A program made the position numbers and the translations under genes. A stretch of 64,000 bases of DNA from an uncultured delta proteobacterium (lineage in GTDB: Bacteria; Desulfobacterota; BSN033; UBA1163), in assembly GCA_963827685.1 (NCBI GenBank), contig CAWHBU010000008.1:11027-75026 (forward strand), written 5' to 3'. Shown piece by piece: positions 49,258-58,117 of this stretch; the first letter of the stretch is position 1; the number at the start of each line of letters is the position of its first letter. A model generated the notes under the pieces. That model did no database searches and was not told where the DNA came from. It saw nothing but the letters and a program-made list of their open reading frames with translations.

Positions 49258-50111
49258 AGTATCGGTTGATAGAAGAGCACAGAGAGACCTACAAGATAAG
49301 GAGTATGAGTGAAGTGTTGAAGGTATCCAGAAGTGGTTATTATGCGTGGAAGACGCGTCAACCGAGCACACGTCAGAAAGACGATGAGGAGTTGCTGGGG
49401 CACATACGGGAGATCCACACTCAAAGCAGAAGGCTCTATGGGAGTCCGCGGATCGCAGCGGAGCTCAATAAGCAGGGTCTTAGATGTGGGAAGAACCGGG
49501 TAGCCAGGATCATGAAAGAGCACTCCATATGGGCAGAAGTGAAGAAAAAGAGATTCAGGCGGACTACCGATTCACGGCATCATTATGCCTTGGCTGCAAA
49601 CTTACTGATTGACCAGAGGCAGACAGAGGGGGTATGGGCATCTGATATTACGTTTGTGCCCACTTCTGAGGGATGGCTCTATGTGGCAGCAGTGATGAAT
49701 GTGAAAAGCAGAAAGATCATTGGGCTGTCCATGAGCGATAAGCTCTCTCAGGAGCTAGCTTCTGCTGCGCTCAGGGACGCGGTGGGCAGGCAAAGCCCCT
49801 CTGAAGGGTTGATCCACCATTCTGATCGAGGCAGGCAGTATGCAAGCTATGCCTATCAGGAGCTTTTAAGAGAATACGGCATGACTCCTAGTATGAGCAG
49901 AAGTGGCAATTGTTATGATAATGCCTATGTGGAGTCTTTCTTTGGCACGCTCAAGACGGAGTTGGTCCATGGTGAGCGGTACCGTTCAAGGCTGGAGGCG
50001 AGGCTTAGTATTTTTGAGTACGTGGAAGTGTTTTATAATCGTCAGAGGAGTCATTCGGCATTAGGGTACAGGAGCCCAGAGCAGTATGAAAAGCTCCTTA
50101 ATGAAACTTAA
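49254..50111 (+). CDS. IS3 OrfB (rve integrase core)
   Basis: YGSPRI, WASDITF, HHSDRGRQY, CYDNAYVESFF, YNRQRSHS. Confidence 0.92.
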   Translation: MKYRLIEEHRETYKIRSMSEVLKVSRSGYYAWKTRQPSTRQKDDEELLGHIREIHTQSRRLYGSPRIAAELNKQGLRCGKNRVARIMKEHSIWAEVKKKRFRRTTDSRHHYALAANLLIDQRQTEGVWASDITFVPTSEGWLYVAAVMNVKSRKIIGLSMSDKLSQELASAALRDAVGRQSPSEGLIHHSDRGRQYASYAYQELLREYGMTPSMSRSGNCYDNAYVESFFGTLKTELVHGERYRSRLEARLSIFEYVEVFYNRQRSHSALGYRSPEQYEKLLNET

Positions 50112-50432
50112 TCATGTGTCCACTTTTTCAGGGGAAGGTCAAACCGAAATCTTGCATCATGGTCGAAATCTGTCAGACAACGACTTCAGTAAGAAAGAGT
50201 CAAAAAAACGGACTACCTCTTCAACCTACAAAGTTTGAAGATGAATCTACGTTAAGAGCTGTTGATTTTAGATTGGGGGAGAGGGGGCAGAAGGGACATC
50301 CTATATTGCTCCTGTCAAGAGGGGAAACGAAACAATTTCATCTTTTGCAAAACAGGTGGTGAATCCGTCGGTTCCTGCAAAACGCTCCACAACTTATTTT
50401 CCCCTCAAAAGGCAAGAAATCTTTCGGGTCGT

Positions 50433-51905
50433 CTATGGTATTTTGTTCTCCTCATTAAGATGCGGTTCATCGTTTTCATACGGGCTACCATCTTTTAAAG
50501 TCTGAAACGGAAGAGGGGATTCAGGTAAAGGGAAGACGGTGCTCCCTTTTAAGACTTCATCATCGGGCCGAATCTCCTGGGAAGTCCACTTTTCGTTGTT
50601 ATCAGCCCAATCCAGGGATGTATCGATGTATCTCGCCACGCTTTTGCCAGCGATATTAAGTAACAGGAAAAGCAAGGCCCGCCTGAGGTTGATGGGAGAA
50701 ACCCTTAAAAGAAATGGAATATGCCGAAGGATCGAGGAGAAAGAATAAAACTCGCTTTGGACATGATGGTGTCCCTCGGCAAGCTCCTGGGGAGTCATGT
50801 TTTTAGGTTGAAATACGACGGTATGGTGGTCGTAATGGCTCCAATCGTGAGAAATGATTCGTCCCTGATCTTTGAAACGCTGGTATATTCGTGTTCCGGG
50901 ATAGGGCGTCAGAACATGTAAAGCCATTGTTGGAAGTTTGGTTCTTGCCAAAAATTCCAGGGTATCATCAAAAATGGCTTTCGTATCCGTATCAAACCCC
51001 AAAATAATGGAAGGGTGAAAGGCGATACCATTGTCCTGGATAATCTTAATCGCCCCCTCCGTCTCTTCTACAGATTTGAGCGTTTTTTTCATTCCCATCA
51101 GGCTTGAAGGCGATACAGACTCAAGCCCAAAGAATAAGGCCGCACAGCCCGAGAGGCGACATAATTTCAACATTTCTTTGTCTTTCGCCAAGGAGACGGA
51201 ACTTTGTCCTACCCATTCGATGCCCAGGGGTATCAACGCTTCAAATAATTCTTTGGAATATTCCGGGTGTCCAGCAACATTATCGTCTAAGATCAAAAAC
51301 GTCTTTGAGCCAGATCGTTTGATATCCTCAACAACCATGGAAACCGGTCTATGCCTGATTTTCCTCCCATAGAAATCCGTCACCGAACAGAATTCACAGG
51401 CGTACGGACACCCTCTGGTTGTCAATAGCCCTACACAGTTAGATAGCGCCTTGTCAATATGAAAATCTCGCCTTGGGAAAGGAAGCTTTGAAAGATCAGG
51501 TTCTGGTACATGGTAAAATTTCTGGAGGTTGCTCTTCCTAAAATCGTTGATGACATCTGCCCAGCAGCCTTCTGCCTCTCCGATGACAACGGCATCGGCG
51601 TGCTCTATGGCTTCTTGCGGTAAGATAGTAGGATGAATTCCACCGAGAACGACTTTGGAACCTCTCTGTCTAAATATGTCGGATAATTGATAGCTTCTAT
51701 TTGCCGTCGCGGTCATGCAGGAAATCCCAACCAGGTCGAAATCCAAAGAAAAATCGATCTCTCTGATTTCTTCATCTACAACGGTAATATCAACATCATT
51801 TGGCGTCAGTGAGGCCAGAATGTGTAGACTTAATTGAGGTATCTTAATAGCTCTTAGTTTCTTACGGAACTTATGAGAAGGTGAAATCAGTAGGAGTTTC
51901 ATCAC
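50433..51905 (-). CDS. B12-binding radical SAM protein
   Basis: VVLGGIHPT, TRGCPYACEFCSV, GLESV, LTPYPGT. Confidence 0.9.
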   Translation of the reverse strand: MMKLLLISPSHKFRKKLRAIKIPQLSLHILASLTPNDVDITVVDEEIREIDFSLDFDLVGISCMTATANRSYQLSDIFRQRGSKVVLGGIHPTILPQEAIEHADAVVIGEAEGCWADVINDFRKSNLQKFYHVPEPDLSKLPFPRRDFHIDKALSNCVGLLTTRGCPYACEFCSVTDFYGRKIRHRPVSMVVEDIKRSGSKTFLILDDNVAGHPEYSKELFEALIPLGIEWVGQSSVSLAKDKEMLKLCRLSGCAALFFGLESVSPSSLMGMKKTLKSVEETEGAIKIIQDNGIAFHPSIILGFDTDTKAIFDDTLEFLARTKLPTMALHVLTPYPGTRIYQRFKDQGRIISHDWSHYDHHTVVFQPKNMTPQELAEGHHHVQSEFYSFSSILRHIPFLLRVSPINLRRALLFLLLNIAGKSVARYIDTSLDWADNNEKWTSQEIRPDDEVLKGSTVFPLPESPLPFQTLKDGSPYENDEPHLNEENKIP

Positions 51906-52407
51906 TGCGCCCTCGTTTCTTATAGAGATTTTTAAAAGTTGGTGCCCCCTCTAACACAACATCGACGTTTGGGAGGAGTTTAAACGCGCCTATTCATGCA
52001 GAGAGTAAAGTGAATGCCTTAGAAACCGGGATAACCTCCCCGAAGGGATTCTTTAGAATATGGCTTAGGTTATTCCTTCTCCTTCTTTTGCAAGAATGCT
52101 GTAAGCAAGTCTATCGGCAGAGGGAGGATCGTCGTTGAGTTTTTCTCGGCCGAAGGATCCATCTTAAAGTATCTGTTCAAGAGGATCTAATATTCCTTAT
52201 CCTTTCCCTTAGTTTCCGGGTCTTTGTGCGGCCAAAACGGACTTTCGCCCGTGCCTCGGATTTCTTCCATGTCTACTACCCCTTCTGAATCTTTTCGGCA
52301 ATTCAGGGACGATTGAGGTGAAGGTATGTTCTAAAACATTTTTAGGCATTTGTCTACATTTGCCGCTTCTTTAAAAATAACCCACCGGGGTCAAGTTGTT
52401 TTGGAAT

Positions 52408-52830
52408 CTACGTCTCCTTCTTATCGCTATTTTCTTGGAAGTACCGTCGAACTTTCGCCGCAATTTGACGATCAGTCATCCTGTCAATGGTTTCAATACC
52501 GACAATGCGTCCACGCAGTTTGTTTCTCACGAGACGTTTCTTCAGCTCGCCCTTGGCCTCACCAGGACCAAATATCAGAATAGATTCTGCATCACGAATA
52601 CACGCAATGACCGCATTGTAGTAAATGTTGAGAAGTCCAGTAGACCTTCTCTCGCGGCTATCATCTGCGGGTACTAGCTGGGATTCATAGGGCGTCGTAG
52701 AACGTATACCACTAGAACGTCCGGGCTGTTCAACCTTTGATATGATTAGTCTTATTTCTTCCCCTTTGTCCGTAACCGCCACGATCAGGGCCTTCCTATG
52801 GTCAATCCACAAACCCACTTTTGTCCTCAT
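52408..52830 (-). CDS. Conserved hypothetical protein (release-factor/host-attachment-like fold)
   Basis: VGLWIDHRKALIV..ILIFGPGEAKGEL..MTDRQIAAKVRRYF. Confidence 0.75.
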   Translation of the reverse strand: MRTKVGLWIDHRKALIVAVTDKGEEIRLIISKVEQPGRSSGIRSTTPYESQLVPADDSRERRSTGLLNIYYNAVIACIRDAESILIFGPGEAKGELKKRLVRNKLRGRIVGIETIDRMTDRQIAAKVRRYFQENSDKKET

Positions 52831-53274
52831 CGATCTCTCCTCTGTCTATTAGCTTCAACTAACATTATATTCTATGTTGATGCTATATTTTCCTTAACGA
52901 TCAAACCTTTCGGCGTCTTTAGAGACTCCCTTGCGTCCTAAAATACTCTTACGCAGTCCTTTTTGCATGAAAATATTATTATTAAGAATATGATATCACA
53001 TCCGCATAATTAATGAACAAAATTATCTGGCCGTCAGGAACAGGGTTGTCAATCATCGATCATGGTTTGTAATATACACCACATTTAAACTTTTTGGAAG
53101 TGAGGATTGTCAGGAAGAAACACACATTTTGAAAAGCCCAATCAAGCCCTCAGTATTGGATAGGGTTTTTATTCGCATTTGAAATGTTGTATCGCGGGGC
53201 GAAATTTAAAAGTCACGACAGGAAAAAAGAATTAAAAAAAGGGGCTACCTCTTTCACCAACAAAATTTGGAGAT

Positions 53275-53440
53275 GAATCCACGTTAAGAGCTGAGGTTGT
53301 TTTCCCTACCCCGCACTTCTGGTCCGCCATGGCTATTATTTTCATCGCTAATTTGACTTCGTATCCGAATCCAATAGAATCTTTTTCTATTATAAAATCT
53401 AAATCATGGCCGCCTCTTGAAAGGCCCGTTATGGATAGAC
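53275..53440 (-). pseudogene. Fused scraps: nuclease-like tail and ParA N-terminus
   Basis: HDLDFIIEKDSIGFGYEVK followed by MKIIAMADQKCGVGKTT, ending in module D. Confidence 0.5.
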
Positions 53441-53652
53441 CGAGGTTCTGTGCCAATATCTAACGGTTTTCCAGCTAACCCACAATAACCATGTTCTCCA
53501 ACCCATCTCGATCCCACGATTTTTTGCCATGCCATACAACCTGAGCCTTCGCATATCCATTCTGGATTTATTTGTCCTAACTCCTTACTTGCAGGTTTTG
53601 AAAATTTAAACGGGCAATACATTTTCTTAGCTTCATCTTTTTTGACTAACAT
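53404..53652 (-). CDS. Small Cys-rich hypothetical protein
   Basis: AGGAGG RBS; YCPF..CEGSGCMAW..GYCGLAG. Confidence 0.65.
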   Translation of the reverse strand: MLVKKDEAKKMYCPFKFSKPASKELGQINPEWICEGSGCMAWQKIVGSRWVGEHGYCGLAGKPLDIGTEPRSIHNGPFKRRP

Positions 53653-53843
53653 AGGTTTTCCTCCTTTCTTTTAACCTTTCCATTACCGTCTTTGGGCCAA
53701 GGACCAAATCTGATTACTGCGTTTACATTCCTTTTTTGGCCCATATCCTAACCCTTTACCCTGCCCTGAAGTCTTCCCTGGGCCGTTGCAGAGGGACCTA
53801 CGTCAGAGCCAGACGTGCTCCTTTTTCACCCGTTCAACCGCAC

Positions 53844-53936
53844 GAAGCCCCGCCTTTGAAGGCGGGGAAGGAGGCGCGGCTCAGGGTGAACCTTGAGCAA
53901 ACCCCGGCCTTCAGGCCGGGGAGTCGAAAGGTTCAC
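53844..53936 (+). mobile_element. IS605-type right-end miniature element with nested hairpin
   Basis: GAAGCCCCGCC-TTTGAA-GGCGGGG ... TTCAC terminus. Confidence 0.5.
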
Positions 53937-53950
53937 TCGCGTAAAAAAGT

Positions 53951-54120
53951 GGGGTCTGGTCTTTTTCCATTGCTGAAAACGAAGAAATACTTTCGTCCCC
54001 ACCCCCGTGGATTGTTGATTGGAATATACATATTTCGTGAGAATTGGTCAACTGAAACTTTCCGGAAGGAATAGCTAAGAAGGGGTGCTAATCTTTGAAG
54101 TTGACGATGACTGATAGAAG
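53951..54120 (-). promoter_or_regulatory. Repeat family C copy 7 plus short module D
   Basis: TTGACC (54046-54051) -17 bp- TATATT (54023-54028). Confidence 0.65.
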
Positions 54121-54200
54121 GGAAGCATAAAGAAGCCTCGGGGGAACCACGGTGGAGCCATTGCTGGCCCTGCCTTGGTTCTCTGAGAAATGGTTTTGTC

Positions 54201-54374
54201 TCAAGATGTTATGCCTTCCAACTTCTCGCAAGTTTGTTTCAGACTTGCTTTACCAGTCAATCTGCGGCCCAAACCGTTTTCTCCCTCCAGGCAAAGCGTA
54301 TCGTTATCAATTTCCATTCTTATAATGTAGATCTTTCCGGTTGTCTTATCTTTGAACCTGTCTCCTATCTTCAT
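54201..54374 (-). CDS. Small hypothetical protein (57 aa; not in the ORF track)
   Basis: MKIGDRFKDKTTGKIYII.. resembles MIKPGDMFKSIENGKMFTV.. of 54663-54851. Confidence 0.65.
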   Translation of the reverse strand: MKIGDRFKDKTTGKIYIIRMEIDNDTLCLEGENGLGRRLTGKASLKQTCEKLEGITS

Positions 54375-54432
54375 CGTAACACCGTCTCCCTTCTTGACCT
54401 CCTGTCAGACTACAACGGTTTGAGGCCAAAAA

Positions 54433-54606
54433 TTAGTCTGCGAACTCCGGAACAATCCGTATTGCCTTTTTTTCCGGATCGGCAAGGTCGAGTTTAATGA
54501 TTCTTCGGCAACGAGGACATTGTATAAACTCTTTGACCTCCAGGCCAATCATGCTCAGTTTGAATTTCCCCTCACAATGCGGGCATAGCGCATCAAAATC
54601 AAACAT
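54433..54606 (-). CDS. Small zinc-ribbon protein
   Basis: CPHC..CPRC; RBS present. Confidence 0.6.
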   Translation of the reverse strand: MFDFDALCPHCEGKFKLSMIGLEVKEFIQCPRCRRIIKLDLADPEKKAIRIVPEFAD

Positions 54607-54662
54607 AGTTTTCCCTTCCTTTGAGATTTGAAAAAGAGGATGTGAATTTCTAACCTCGTTTA

Positions 54663-54851
54663 TCATTTGAGTTCTGCCTTGACTTCATCTTCCACGACAG
54701 GCACGAATACGGATTCCATGCTGTTCGGATTGACAAGCATGGAATGGGATCCGTCCTTGGTCCCCAAAATGATGATGCTGGAATCGGCGCTTTTAACTGT
54801 AAACATTTTTCCATTCTCTATGCTTTTAAACATGTCACCTGGTTTGATCAT
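54663..54851 (-). CDS. Small hypothetical protein
   Basis: AGGAG RBS; in operon after the prohibitin gene. Confidence 0.65.
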   Translation of the reverse strand: MIKPGDMFKSIENGKMFTVKSADSSIIILGTKDGSHSMLVNPNSMESVFVPVVEDEVKAELK

Positions 54852-54895
54852 TGTATCTCCTCTCTTGGGAATAGTTAGGGTTCTGCACTCTTCAC

Positions 54896-55777
54896 TTATC
54901 TTTTGCCTCCTTCCGCTCCGCCCGATGAGCCACCCATCTTGCCCAAGTCGATGAAGGGGACGGCTCCTCCGGAGACTTGAGGCAAAATTCCATTCCATTT
55001 CTCGATACCCTTGTACTGCACGAGGATCGGGCTGATCGACCGTGATAGCGCATCATTGGCCTTGGCCTGTCCCTGAGCCACCACCAGAATGGATTGCGCC
55101 TCACCTTTTGCAGTGGCGACCTTTTGCTGCGCTTCAATCTCGCGTTGGGCCAAAACCTGTTTCTGCGTCTCCACCTGTTGCTGGGCCACTTGCTTGGCCT
55201 CAATGGCCCCTTCATATTCGGGAGAGAACCGGATGTTGGCAAAGTAGATGTCATCGACGATGATGTGATACCTCGTCAGGTTATCTCCCAACTTTTTCAT
55301 CGCCCTCTGCCGAATCTCCTCCCTCTTGGGAAGTATCTCCCCGATTGGGTAGGTCGGCACAACCTCCTTGACAAAGTCGTTGAAAGCCGGATCGATCACC
55401 TTGTCGGCAAAATCGAGCCCCACTTTCTGGTAAAGGTCATTCACAAAAGATGGGTCGATATGAAAGTTCATCATCCCCGTCATTTTCACCATCTGGTATT
55501 CTTTTGAAGAGGCATCGATCTCCTTGAACGGATGGGGTTGAACCTTGACATCCACCTTGATCACTCTTTCGGCAATGGGCACTTTGAAATTGAGCCCCTC
55601 GCCCATGATTCTCTTTTCCACACTCCCCCACAAGAGGACAACCCCTCTGTGGCCTGCCGGGACGATGGCAAAAGAGCCCCATAAAACAATGAAAAGAATC
55701 AAGAGAACAACAAGGATTGAGATGGTTCGGGGCTTTGGTCCCTTAAAATCAAACGCTTCCAACGATCTTTCCGGCAT
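54896..55777 (-). CDS. Prohibitin/SPFH-family membrane protein
   Basis: TM helix, IVPAGHRGV, EGLNFKVP, AIEAKQVAQQ, IEKWNGILP. Confidence 0.92.
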   Translation of the reverse strand: MPERSLEAFDFKGPKPRTISILVVLLILFIVLWGSFAIVPAGHRGVVLLWGSVEKRIMGEGLNFKVPIAERVIKVDVKVQPHPFKEIDASSKEYQMVKMTGMMNFHIDPSFVNDLYQKVGLDFADKVIDPAFNDFVKEVVPTYPIGEILPKREEIRQRAMKKLGDNLTRYHIIVDDIYFANIRFSPEYEGAIEAKQVAQQQVETQKQVLAQREIEAQQKVATAKGEAQSILVVAQGQAKANDALSRSISPILVQYKGIEKWNGILPQVSGGAVPFIDLGKMGGSSGGAEGGKR

Positions 55778-55878
55778 GGTTCACCTCCTCTGGGTGTCTT
55801 AACATGACTGAATGACAAGAATCTCTGTCCCGATCCCGCCAGCCCTGCCCGAATCGCTACTTCCTCCACCTTTTCACA

Positions 55879-56139
55879 TCAAAACACTCTTGTACGAGGC
55901 CTCTGGGGCTTGACCTTTTTGGGCTCGCTCTTCTTAACGGAAAAACGATCGGATTTCTTGTTGGGTATCGATTGTGACTTCTCCTTGTAAAGGGTTTCCA
56001 GCCTATCCTCCTGCCGTTCTGTTAGTTCATGGTTCTTATCGAAGTCTCCCACAGCAGTTTTGAGAAATTGGTCTTCAGCCTGGGTTAATGCATACTGATT
56101 TAACCCTGACATAACCCATTCAAGCCTTGCTTTATCCAT
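55879..56139 (-). CDS. Hypothetical protein
   Basis: AAAGGA RBS; LTERQEDRLETLYKEKS. Confidence 0.6.
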   Translation of the reverse strand: MDKARLEWVMSGLNQYALTQAEDQFLKTAVGDFDKNHELTERQEDRLETLYKEKSQSIPNKKSDRFSVKKSEPKKVKPQRPRTRVF

Positions 56140-56182
56140 AATGGTCCTTTCTATCCTGATGACTGTCGTTAAGTTCTTATTG

Positions 56183-56449
56183 CTATCTTCCCCGGAAGCC
56201 ACGCCTGACGATCGCCTCTTTGACCAGCAAGTTTTTCCCCATGAAATCTGTTTTATTCAACATGGAGACAGCTCTCCGGGCTTCCCATTGTGTTGACATC
56301 TCAACGAATGCAATACCTCTCGGTTGGCCAGTTTGCCTGTCCGCTACAATCTTGACAGACATGACGTCTCCAGCTTTGGCGAACAGGACTTTGAGTTCAG
56401 GTTCGCTGGCCTGGAAAGGGAGGTTGGCTACGTAAACCTTTTTATTCAT
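56183..56449 (-). CDS. RRM RNA-binding protein
   Basis: RNP2 VYVANL, RNP1 RGIAFVEM. Confidence 0.9.
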   Translation of the reverse strand: MNKKVYVANLPFQASEPELKVLFAKAGDVMSVKIVADRQTGQPRGIAFVEMSTQWEARRAVSMLNKTDFMGKNLLVKEAIVRRGFRGR

Positions 56450-56667
56450 ATAGTTGCTCCTCAAATATCTCTATTTGCTGAAACACTCGGTACACAATAG
56501 TTTTTTGTCGGTCGGTGGAGGAACCGGGGTGACAACTTCCTTTCCGCAACCCGAACATAAAACTTTATAGGATTTCGGGCGCCTTAAATGGCTCGGTCTT
56601 GAAGCATGAAACCTCCCGTGTCTTCTTCGCTGTACCACTGTTCAACCTCTTTTCTGCGAAAACAGGA

Positions 56668-56976
56668 TTAATAACGGTTTCCGCGGCCGCTATAATCCAT
56701 CCGTCCTCCCCCAGTTCTTCCCTGGTCGGCACGGGGGCGGGCCTCATTCACACTGATCTGTTTGCCCAGGAGTTCCTTCCCGTTAAGGCTTCTAATGGCG
56801 GTTTGAGCCTGAGACTGCGCAGGCATTTCTACAAAACCAAACCCCCGGGACTGGCCATTGTACTTGTCTTTGATCACTCTCGCTGAGGTGACCTCACCGA
56901 AAGATTCAAAAGCCTCCCGAATCGTTACATCTGTTGCTTCATAGGATAAATTTCCCACATAAATATTCATAATCAT
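56668..56976 (-). CDS. RRM RNA-binding protein with Gly-rich tail
   Basis: RNP2 IYVGNL, RNP1 RGFGFVEM, VNEARPR. Confidence 0.92.
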   Translation of the reverse strand: MIMNIYVGNLSYEATDVTIREAFESFGEVTSARVIKDKYNGQSRGFGFVEMPAQSQAQTAIRSLNGKELLGKQISVNEARPRADQGRTGGGRMDYSGRGNRY

Positions 56977-56994
56977 TCTCCTTTTTTTAAGTTT

Positions 56995-57120
56995 ACCCCG
57001 TTAGAAAGCCCCGCTACTTGCAGCGGGATGACGGGATGGTTGTTCCCATCTTAACAAACATGGGGTTTAAAGCCGCATGTGAGCCTTCCCGTTAAAAAGT
57101 AGAAGACTTTCTAACGGGGT
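56995..57120. mobile_element. MITE with ACCCCGTTAGAAAG inverted ends
   Basis: 14-bp perfect terminal inverted repeat with internal hairpins. Confidence 0.7.
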
Positions 57121-57133
57121 TTATTTCTCTTTC

Positions 57134-57322
57134 TTAGACGGAATAATTCTTGTTCCAGTAACGTGAAAAATTGTCATAATTCCACGTTTTCCATTTCGAA
57201 GAAACAATTTCGTGGCGGACGATTACCTCCTTGTCTTTTTCCCTTTCGCCTTCAACTTTGATTACTTTCACACCACCATTTCCCTGCCCCTTGTAGAATG
57301 CAGTTACCATTTTAACCTCCAT
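57134..57322 (-). CDS. Small hypothetical protein, first gene of the RRM operon
   Basis: ORF between the leader hairpin and the RRM gene; GGAGG RBS before the second Met. Confidence 0.5.
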   Translation of the reverse strand: MEVKMVTAFYKGQGNGGVKVIKVEGEREKDKEVIVRHEIVSSKWKTWNYDNFSRYWNKNYSV

Positions 57323-57342
57323 GCCGGCTTTTATGCTGATAC

Positions 57343-57382
57343 AAAAAAGCCCGCAAAGAAGTCGGTTAGAGTTCTCGCGGGC
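57343..57382 (-). terminator. Terminator-like hairpin in the operon leader
   Basis: GCCCGCGAGAA..TTCTTTGCGGGC-TTTTTT between promoter and first ORF. Confidence 0.55.
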
Positions 57383-57434
57383 GTAAGCTATAAGCCTAAA
57401 AGGCTCTGTGCAACTTTTTTGATTTTATTGTGTA

Positions 57435-57463
57435 ATTATATACTAATTTGCACTTAAAAGCAA
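57435..57463 (-). promoter_or_regulatory. sigma70 promoter of the RRM operon
   Basis: TTGCTT -17 bp- TATAAT. Confidence 0.6.
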
Positions 57464-57569
57464 GGAAATATATTTTTTCACTATATATGGAACAGATGCA
57501 AGTGGGTCTCTCTCCATCGAATCCTAACGGATTTCTACTTGAAAGATTGTATTACAGGACGATCATTCT

Positions 57570-57863
57570 TTAACTCATCATTCTGACGCAATTCTGGCTT
57601 CCAAAAGGATTTTCAACCCTTTCTTGGGCATTTGGGTCATCATGCCAGACTTCATCAACCCAGAAACGGTATTCATACCTTCCGGGTGGTAGGGCGAAGC
57701 TGACCTCCCAGGTTCCTTTATTATCCCTCTTCATCGGGAGACTATCGACATCCCAATGGTTGAAATCTCCTGCCAAAAAAGCCCTCTCAGCCTCAGGGGC
57801 ATACAAATTAAATCGAACCTTCTTAGTCTTAGGCTTGGCTTCCTCGAATAGTTTCTTTTTCAT
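57570..57863 (-). CDS. Glycogen-binding (CBM48/isoamylase early set) protein
   Basis: FLAGDFNHWD..GTW..LPPGRYEYRFWVD..DDP..NPFG. Confidence 0.88.
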   Translation of the reverse strand: MKKKLFEEAKPKTKKVRFNLYAPEAERAFLAGDFNHWDVDSLPMKRDNKGTWEVSFALPPGRYEYRFWVDEVWHDDPNAQERVENPFGSQNCVRMMS

Positions 57864-58117
57864 CTTTTTTCTCCTTATCTCTGTATTCGTTATCTGTTTT
57901 AAGATCTCATTCAATCGTCTCTCGACTTCTTTTATAGGCGCCGTTCTCCTTTAGTCGTCGGCTCCAAGATACCGCTTCACCCATCTCGAACAATGCCTCC
58001 GAGGGGACAACCGGATCCATAACGGTTTCTACCCCACTATCATTCATTCACCCTCCCTGTCCTCGGAAAAATAAGCACTCATTGTTTGTGTTATTTAGGG
58101 ATGAAAATGGTTTGGAA

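Larger units (their letters stand above)
48900..50141 (+). mobile_element. IS3-family insertion sequence
   Basis: TGACCTTCCCC..GGACAC / GTGTCC..GGGGAAGGTCA ends; AAC duplication; A7G slippery site at 49218-49225. Confidence 0.92.

Noticed and set aside
23822-54074. Similar short plus-strand ORFs (23822-24118, 25471-25920, 28253-28483, 39347-39541, 46140-46382, 53736-54074) as a peptide family
   Set aside because: They are antisense translations of repeats B and C; starts, stops and frames are not conserved between copies.
27581-54120. Family C repeats as a CRISPR array
   Set aside because: Units are about 80-260 bp, degenerate and kilobases apart with genes between them; no cas genes.
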